The notes below the pieces were generated by a model. The model ran no database searches. It was given only the letters and a program-made list of their open reading frames with translations, and had not been told where the DNA came from. Of a stretch of DNA of 32,000 nt, positions 24,905-32,000 are shown one piece after another (position 1 is the stretch's first letter; each line of letters begins with the position of its first letter). Both the position numbers and the translations under genes were made by a program. The stretch comes from Phycisphaera mikurensis NBRC 102666 (GTDB lineage: Bacteria > Planctomycetota > Phycisphaerae > Phycisphaerales > Phycisphaeraceae), in contig NC_017080.1 of assembly GCF_000284115.1 (NCBI RefSeq), positions 2,040,001 through 2,072,000 on the forward strand, read 5' to 3'.

Positions 24905-24950
24905 CCGCGGACCGTCGGGGTTTTCGCCGCCGGCGCCCCGCGGTCCGCGG
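24905..24950 (+). terminator. long stem-loop immediately after the PgpH-like stop
   Basis: CCGCGGACCG-t-CGGGG / CCCCG-CGGTCCGCGG gives 15 bp with one bulged T and a 15-nt loop. It starts 3 nt after the TAA. No U-tract. Confidence 0.4.
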
Positions 24951-24961
24951 GAAGCGGGCCG

Positions 24962-24979
24962 GCCCGCGGGATCGCGGGC
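24962..24979 (+). terminator. second stem-loop GCCCGCG-ggat-CGCGGGC
   Basis: 7-bp perfect stem with a 4-nt loop, 11 nt after the first hairpin. Confidence 0.3.
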
Positions 24980-25017
24980 TGTTGGAGCGGCCCGATCCGG
25001 CCGAAAAGAGCGCCGCC

Positions 25018-25373
25018 ATGACCGGCGCGACCGACACCCGCACCAGCCCCCGCTTCCGCTCCCGCCGCTTCGCCTCGGCCTTCGGCGAGGTGCTCGACCT
25101 GGGCGCCGGCGGCATGTCGGTGCTCCACCGCGGGCCCCGCGTGGAAGTGGGCGAGCGGCTCCGGCTGTCGATCCGCTGGGGCACGCGGATCGCCCCGGTC
25201 GACTGCACCGTTCGCCGGGTGGAACGCACCGGCTTCCGCCGCCAGCGGATCGCCCTGTCGTGGGAACAGCCGCCTGAAGGCCTCTGGGCGTGGCTGCGCG
25301 CCGCGAAGCTCAGCGGGAAGCCGCCGCGCCGGGACACGCTGCTCTTCCACCGCCACGGCCGCCGCCGAGCGGC

Positions 25374-25377
<4 letters not shown>
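25018..25377 (+). CDS. small PilZ-like protein (119 aa from ATG 25018; the track ORF starts at TTG 24982)
   Basis: RFRSRR (RxxxR-like) is followed by DLGAGGMSV (D-x-S-x-x-G-like, with Ser replaced by Gly). The spacing is only about 10 residues, shorter than in canonical PilZ. Confidence 0.45.
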
Positions 25378-26624
<1,247 letters not shown>

Positions 26625-26787
26625 GGGGCGGCAGCGTACGGATCCCCCACGCGCACCGGCGGGCGACGCGGCGGGCGCCCTCCGCGTGCCCGGCACGGGC
26701 CGCTTGTCGGGTCTCCGGTCCGCCGAGGCCGCGGAGAAGCCCCCGGACTCGTCGCACGCGGTGCGTCGGGAGCGCTGCAGAAAGGAT

Positions 26788-28074
26788 TCACCGCGCGAGC
26801 AACGCGAGCAGCGCGTCGTGGGCGTCCCAAGCGGCCTCGGCCACGTCCGCGCGGGCGAGGTCGGCGGGCCGGAGCACCGCTTGGTGGTGGCCGCGGATCC
26901 ACGCGTCGAGCCGGTCGAAGTCGGCGGCCTCCTCCAGCCGGTGGCCGCGGGGCACCGCCGCCCACTGCGCCTCGCTCAGCGGGACCCGCAGGCGCAGACA
27001 CGCCGGACCGCCGCCGTTGGCGAGCGATTCGGAGAGGTCGACGCCGTGGACGTCGTCGAGGAAGCCCGCGTCGACCGCGCGGGCGAGAACGGCCGCGGTG
27101 GCGGCGTCTTCGGTGGCCGAGGTCGGGGCGATGAGGTGCCAGCGGTCGCCCGGGTCGGTGAGCAGCTGGCTGTTGAAGAGGTAGCCGCGGACGGCGGCGG
27201 CGAGCGGGAGCTCCGCCTCGGCCACGGTCAGCACCCGCAGCGGGTGCCCCAGCTTCGCCTGGACCTCCGCCAGGACGGCGGCCTGATCCACCAGCGCCGC
27301 CTCGTGGATCAGCAGCCGGTCGCGGTGGCCGACGCCGATGACGTCGTGGTGGAAGACGCCGGCGGCGATGGCCCGGGGCTGCTGCTGCGCGAAGACGCAG
27401 CGGCCCGGAGGGAGGCCGTGCAGCCGGGCGACGGCGCGGGAGGCGGCGGCGGACTGCCGCACGCGGAAGCGGGTCTCGCTGGGATCGGCCGCGGGGCCGT
27501 GCACGAAGAGGTGGACGGCCCCGGCCGGATCGCCGGCGTGGAAGGCGGTGTGGTTGGCGGCGCCCTCGTCGCCGAGGCCCGGCAGCGGCGGGAGCGGGGC
27601 GTGGTGCCGGAACCCGCCGGCGGCGGGGAAGACGCGGGCGAGGGTCGCGGCGGTGTCGGCGGCCTCGAGGGCCCGGTGCGGCGAGGTCGCGAGGTTCGCG
27701 GGCGTGAGGTGCAGGCCGCCGGGCGACGCGGTCGCGGTCGCCGCGTTCGCGGTCCACATGGAGGCGGCCGACCAGCACGCCGCGAGCAGGTCGGGCGACT
27801 CAGCGGCCGCGGCCGCGAGCACCTCGGCGGTGGAGCCGCGGAAGCCGAGCCGGTGCAGCGGGTCGAGCACGGGCCGGCGGGGCGGCGGCAGGAAGCCCTG
27901 CTTCAGGCCCAGCCCGCCGACCCGACGCATCTTCTCGAGCCCCTGCAGCGCCGCGTCGCGGGGCCGGCTCGACCGCCCGGCATTGGCGGCCGAGGCGGTG
28001 TTGCCCGCGGCGGCCCCGAGCCCCGCGAAGTTGTGCGTCGGCCCGATGAGCCCGTCGAAGTTGGCTTCCATCAT
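26788..28074 (-). CDS. astB: N-succinylarginine dihydrolase (428 aa)
   Basis: N-terminal EANFDGLIGPTHNFAGL...GNTAS and C-terminal catalytic-Cys block NGGGPACLRLRV, both characteristic of AstB. Confidence 0.92.
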   Translation of the reverse strand: MMEANFDGLIGPTHNFAGLGAAAGNTASAANAGRSSRPRDAALQGLEKMRRVGGLGLKQGFLPPPRRPVLDPLHRLGFRGSTAEVLAAAAAESPDLLAACWSAASMWTANAATATASPGGLHLTPANLATSPHRALEAADTAATLARVFPAAGGFRHHAPLPPLPGLGDEGAANHTAFHAGDPAGAVHLFVHGPAADPSETRFRVRQSAAASRAVARLHGLPPGRCVFAQQQPRAIAAGVFHHDVIGVGHRDRLLIHEAALVDQAAVLAEVQAKLGHPLRVLTVAEAELPLAAAVRGYLFNSQLLTDPGDRWHLIAPTSATEDAATAAVLARAVDAGFLDDVHGVDLSESLANGGGPACLRLRVPLSEAQWAAVPRGHRLEEAADFDRLDAWIRGHHQAVLRPADLARADVAEAAWDAHDALLALLAR

Positions 28075-28192
28075 GAGGTTCTCCGTCTCGTCGGTTTCCC
28101 GTGCCCCGGGCGGGGCGGCGGGGCGTGCCCGCTTGGAGCCGCGGCATCGCGTGGCGGTGCGGACAATGTCGATGCCGGGGACGCGGGTTCGG

Positions 28193-29593
28193 TCAGAGCG
28201 TGCCGGTCAGCGAGGCGACGGGGTCGCGGCAGAAGTCGATCGCGGCGGACCCGGCGGGGCGGTGGTTGCCGGAGTGGCCGACGCCGCCGAAGGGCAGCTT
28301 GCCGGAGGCCCCGGTCGTCGGCGTGTTGAGGTTGACGACCCCGGCCCGCACCGCGTGGCGGAAGCTCTCGAAGGCCGCGGGCTCCGAGGTGAAGAGCGCG
28401 GCGGCGAGGCCGTAGCGGGTGGCGTTCGCGGCGGCGATCGCCTCGTCGAGGCCCTCCACGCGGCGGACCGTGAGCAGCGGGCCGAAGACCTCCCGGTCGG
28501 CGAGGCCCTCCGGCGGGGCGACGCCGGTGACGTCCAGCACGCCGGGCCGGAGCACGGCGGGGCGGCCGGCGTCTTGGCGGAGGCGGACGAGCGGGGTCGC
28601 GCCGGCCTCCAGCCAGGCGGCCTCCGCGGCGAGCACCGCCTCGGCGGCGGGGGCGTCGATCAGCGGGCCGAGGTCCGTGGCGGGCTCGTCGAGGAAGTGC
28701 CCGGCCGTCAAGCGGCCCGCCGCTTCGGCCACCGCGGCGGGCACGGCGGCGGCGGAGGCGGTGACGATCAGCCGCCGGGCGCAGGTGCAGCGCTGCCCGC
28801 TGGTGGCGAAGGCGGAGGCGAGCACGAGCCGCGCGACGGCGGCGGTGTCGCCCCCGTCGACGCGGTGGGCGACGACGGGGTTGTTGCCGCCGAGCTCGAG
28901 CGCGAGCATCCGCTCGGGGAACGGGCCATAGGCCTCCGCGAGGGCGAGGCCGGCGGGGCGTCCGCCGGTGAAGAGCACGCCGTCGACCGCGGGCTCGCGC
29001 GTCGGGTCGGTGAGGGCGACGGCCGTGTCGCGGCCGCCCTGCAGGCAGGTCAGCACGCCCCCGGGCAGGCCGGCTTCCCGCCAGAGGTCTGCGAGGAAGG
29101 CCCCGCTCGCCGGCGTCCGCTCGCTGGGCTTGAAGAGCACGGCGTTGCCGGCGAGCAGGGCGGGCGTGATCTGCCCGTTGGGTAGGTGGACCGGGAAGTT
29201 GAAGGGCCCGAGCACCGCGAGCACGCCCAGCGGGCGGTGGGACAGCCCCGCGACGGTGCCGTTGGGCAGGGCGAAGTCGTCCACGACGCGGGCGGCGGCC
29301 GCCGCGAGCGTGGCGTCGGCCTTGGGCGCGAGCAGGCCGGCCTCGGCGGCGGCGTCGGCGAGCGTCTTGCCCGCCTCGGCGGCGATCAGCCGGGCGAGCC
29401 GGGGCGCGGCCGCGCGGGCGAGGTCGGCGAAGCGGCGGAGGACGGCGGCGCGGGCGTCGGTCCCGGCGGCGGACCACCCGGGCTGGGCGGCGCGGGCCGC
29501 GGCGAGCGCCGCGGCCACGGCGGCGCCGTCGGCGGCCTCGCCGGCGAAGAGGGTCTCGCCGGTCACGGGGTCGGTGGAGGTGAAAGCAGCCAT
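28193..29593 (-). CDS. astD: aldehyde dehydrogenase, N-succinylglutamate 5-semialdehyde dehydrogenase-like (466 aa)
   Basis: ALDH motifs FKPSE, LELGGNNP and catalytic SGQRCTCARRL. It sits between astA and astB. Confidence 0.85.
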   Translation of the reverse strand: MAAFTSTDPVTGETLFAGEAADGAAVAAALAAARAAQPGWSAAGTDARAAVLRRFADLARAAAPRLARLIAAEAGKTLADAAAEAGLLAPKADATLAAAAARVVDDFALPNGTVAGLSHRPLGVLAVLGPFNFPVHLPNGQITPALLAGNAVLFKPSERTPASGAFLADLWREAGLPGGVLTCLQGGRDTAVALTDPTREPAVDGVLFTGGRPAGLALAEAYGPFPERMLALELGGNNPVVAHRVDGGDTAAVARLVLASAFATSGQRCTCARRLIVTASAAAVPAAVAEAAGRLTAGHFLDEPATDLGPLIDAPAAEAVLAAEAAWLEAGATPLVRLRQDAGRPAVLRPGVLDVTGVAPPEGLADREVFGPLLTVRRVEGLDEAIAAANATRYGLAAALFTSEPAAFESFRHAVRAGVVNLNTPTTGASGKLPFGGVGHSGNHRPAGSAAIDFCRDPVASLTGTL

Positions 29594-29596
29594 GGT

Positions 29597-30592
29597 TCAG
29601 CGGGGGGTGGCGTGGACGGCATCGCCAACGGAGACCTGCAGAGCGTCCAAGGCGGCGGGGGGGAGCCTGACCACGTCCCCGACCTCCGCCGCCGCGAGCA
29701 CGCAGCGGAACGGGCCGGAGGCCCGCGCGACCAGGTGCGTCGGCGGCGCGTCGCCGCCGGGCCCGGCCGCTTCGACCGGCCGCTCGACCGCGTCGCGGAC
29801 GCTGCGGATCTCGCGTGTCGCGCACGAGAAGACGGGCCCGGCGTCGAAGATGTCCACCGCGTCCGCGAAGGCGAAGCCCTCGCGCTCGAGCATCCGGCGG
29901 GCCGGCAGGGTCTCGGGCATCACCTGCCCGATGACCGCCTGCGCCTCGTCGGACAGCAGGCAGACGTCGATGGGCTGGCGCGGCATCAGCTCGGCGATGA
30001 AGCGCTTGTCGGTGGCGGACAGCCGGTCCGCGGCGGTGTAGCCCAGGCCGAAGTAGCGGTCGCCGATGGCGTCCCAGAAGGCGTTGCCGCCGTCGGGCCG
30101 CACCGGCGGGCGCAGCTCGGCGAGCGTGGTGTCGGCGAAACCGGCGAGGTCACGCCGCATGAAGAGGTAGCGGCAGCCCGAGAGCAGCCGGCCCAGCCCC
30201 GCCGCGGAGCCGCGGGCGCCGGGGTGGAGCAGCAGCGTGCCGACCTCGGTCGGCCCGTGGTGCCGGGCCTCGAGGTGCAGCGTGGCGATGTCGCGGGTGA
30301 ACCCCAGCGCGTGGCTCTGGACCGTCCGCGTCTCCAGCCGGTACGCGTACCACGGCTCGCCGGTGCCGACCCGCCGGACGAGGCCGGACACACCGACGAC
30401 CGCGCCGGAGGGGTCTTCCATCGCCATCAGCGGCGCCTCGCCGCGGCGCGAGGCCTCGACGCGGGCCGCGATGAAGCTCCCGTCGGCGGGCAGCGAGGTG
30501 AAGGCTTGGCCGGCGGTCTCCGCCAGCGCCAGGAGCGCCGGCACGTCCTGCTCGCGCACGCCGCGGACCGTGTGGGGTTGGAGCGGTTTCAT
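29597..30592 (-). CDS. astA: arginine N-succinyltransferase (331 aa)
   Basis: It is collinear with E. coli AstA as I recall it: TSLPAD, EPWYAYR, FIAELMPRQPI, EAQAVIGQVMPETLPARRMLEREGF and VDIFDAGP. The ATG at 30592 overlaps the upstream stop (ATGA). Confidence 0.88.
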   Translation of the reverse strand: MKPLQPHTVRGVREQDVPALLALAETAGQAFTSLPADGSFIAARVEASRRGEAPLMAMEDPSGAVVGVSGLVRRVGTGEPWYAYRLETRTVQSHALGFTRDIATLHLEARHHGPTEVGTLLLHPGARGSAAGLGRLLSGCRYLFMRRDLAGFADTTLAELRPPVRPDGGNAFWDAIGDRYFGLGYTAADRLSATDKRFIAELMPRQPIDVCLLSDEAQAVIGQVMPETLPARRMLEREGFAFADAVDIFDAGPVFSCATREIRSVRDAVERPVEAAGPGGDAPPTHLVARASGPFRCVLAAAEVGDVVRLPPAALDALQVSVGDAVHATPR

Positions 30593-31803
30593 GCGGCGGT
30601 CCGCGGATTCAAGAGCGCTTCGCCTCCGTCGGCGAGGCGGAGCAGCAGGCGGGCGGTGGCGTCGGCCCGCTCCTGGAGGCTGTCGATGACGAGGTACTCC
30701 TCGCCGGTGTGGATGTGGTCGCCGCGGACGCCCAGCGTGTCGACCACGGGGCAGCCGGCGGCGGCGATGCGGTTGCCGTCGCACACACCCCCGGTTTCGC
30801 GGAGGCCGGGCCGGGCCCCGCTGGCGGCTTCGACCGCGTCGCGGGCGGCGTCGAGCAGCGTGGCGGTCGCGCCCGCGGCCGGCCGCGGCGGCGCGTGCGC
30901 CACCCGCAGCACCTCGACCTCCACGCCGAAGCGGTGCGCCGCCGCGGCGGCCGCGCCGCGGACCGCGGCCTCCGCGGCGGCCTCCGCGTCGCGGTCCGCG
31001 GCGCGGGTGTTCAGCCGGAGCACCGCGGCGTCGGCCACGGCGTTGGCCGGGCCGCCGCCGTCGACGGCGCCGCAGTTGAAGGTGCAGCCGGGGCGGTCGT
31101 TGAGCTCCACCATCGCGGCCACCGCCGCGCAGGCCGCGTGCACCGCGCTGCGCCCGGCCGCGAAGTCCCGCCCGGCGTGGGCCGCCCTCCCGCGGAAGCC
31201 GATCGACCAGCGGGACGACCCGCCGCGGGCGCCCACCAGCGAGCCATCCGGCAGCGACGGCTCGAAGAGCAGCGCCGCGTGGTGCCGGCGCGCCTCCTCT
31301 GCCAGCAGGCCCGCGGAGCCCGGCGAGCCGATCTCCTCGTCGGGGTTGAGCACCACCGTCCACCCCAGCCGTTGTTTCTGCCGCTGCGTCGCCGCCGCCT
31401 CGAAGCGCTCCAGCCCGCCGAGCATCACCGCGATGCCGCCGCGGGCGTCGGCCACGCCGGGGCCGATCAACCGGTCGCCCTCCACCCTCACCGGCACCGC
31501 CGAGGCCTCCGGCCCGTGCACCGTGTCGGCGTGGATGTTCAGCAGGACGCGGAACGGGGCGTCGGCCCGCTTCCGCGCGACCGCGGCGGCGCACAGCGGC
31601 GTGGAGGCGGCGCGGCCGCGGGCGTCGAGGTCGGCGACGGCGGGGAGTCCGACCCGCTCCACCGCGCCGGCCAGCGGGGCGAGGGCTTCCGCGGCGATCC
31701 GCTCGAGCAGCGCATCGACGGCGGGCTGATCGGCGGTGCCGCCGCCGGCGTCGCACCACGCGCGGACGCGGTCGAGCAGGAGCTGGGAGTGAGAGCGGGT
31801 CAA
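30589..31803 (-). CDS. M20-family metallohydrolase, carboxypeptidase G2 / ArgE-DapE-like (404 aa from TTG 31803; the track ORF extends to ATG 31941)
   Basis: Metal-ligand blocks NIHADTVH, GPGVADARGG, NPDEEIGS, FEPS and GDHIHTGEEY. The start is uncertain. Confidence 0.8.
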   Translation of the reverse strand: MTRSHSQLLLDRVRAWCDAGGGTADQPAVDALLERIAAEALAPLAGAVERVGLPAVADLDARGRAASTPLCAAAVARKRADAPFRVLLNIHADTVHGPEASAVPVRVEGDRLIGPGVADARGGIAVMLGGLERFEAAATQRQKQRLGWTVVLNPDEEIGSPGSAGLLAEEARRHHAALLFEPSLPDGSLVGARGGSSRWSIGFRGRAAHAGRDFAAGRSAVHAACAAVAAMVELNDRPGCTFNCGAVDGGGPANAVADAAVLRLNTRAADRDAEAAAEAAVRGAAAAAAHRFGVEVEVLRVAHAPPRPAAGATATLLDAARDAVEAASGARPGLRETGGVCDGNRIAAAGCPVVDTLGVRGDHIHTGEEYLVIDSLQERADATARLLLRLADGGEALLNPRTAA

Positions 31804-32000
31804 GACGGAGTGCGGGTGCAAGCGGGAACCCGTCGCCCGAGGCGAAGGGTGGGAGCCGATCACCCCGAGCCCGGCCCCGGCGGCCGCCCGGTGGATCTTG
31901 CTGGACGCCGCCGACGCTAGCCGGTGGGGCCGGCCTGTCAAGGCGGCGAAAGCGTCGCCCCGAGCCCGCCGCCGCGCGAGGCCGCGCGGCCCTCCGAGGC

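Noticed and set aside
20727-25337. 1536-aa minus-strand ORF opposite phoH and the 7TM-HD gene
   Set aside because: It is antisense to two CDSs with strong family motifs and has shadow-frame composition (Arg/Gly/Pro/Ala-rich).
26685-26697. 13-nt palindrome CGTGCC-c-GGCACG upstream of argG as an ArgR-type operator
   Set aside because: Palindromes with 6-bp arms are expected many times by chance in 32 kb at this composition. It has no resemblance to known ARG boxes, which are AT-rich.

Overview
Very GC-rich bacterial chromosomal window: most hand-counted 60-nt lines are 65-83% G+C. Because stop codons are rare, the six-frame track is full of long shadow ORFs. About 24 CDSs and one tRNA can be supported. 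I saw no rRNA, CRISPR array, transposase or integrase. A sigma54 enhancer-binding protein argues against Actinobacteria. Planctomycetota or Myxococcota is only a guess. Layout by region follows. (1) 1-6725 is an accessory-looking cluster. It holds a single-module AAA+ ATPase with a tightly following gene cut by the window edge, a 109-aa orphan ORF, a lower-GC HARE-HTH::GIY-YIG nuclease fusion, and a convergent 1281-aa SWIM-SNF2 helicase. (2) Next come a CPBP intramembrane protease, tRNA-Ala(CGC), and an overlapping SbcD-like/SbcC-like nuclease-ATPase pair. (3) A minus-strand array encodes a sulfotransferase, an orphan class II RNR C-terminal (TSCPD-like) protein and purF. (4) An NtrC-type sigma54 activator is followed by an unusual hierarchical 8-nt/41-nt repeat with an inverted copy, then ispF. 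(5) Next are a NeuD-like acyltransferase, an epimerase-only nnrE, and two overlapping secreted proteins of unknown function. (6) Then phoH, a 7TM-HD (PgpH-like) hydrolase and a PilZ-like protein. (7) Last are argG and an arginine succinyltransferase (AST) cluster, astA-astD-astB, led by an M20 hydrolase rather than astE. The most interesting items are the left-hand conflict-system-like cluster, the intergenic repeat at 16745-16937, the orphan RNR-C-terminal protein and the AST variant. All functional calls rest on motif recognition by eye, because no database search could be run.
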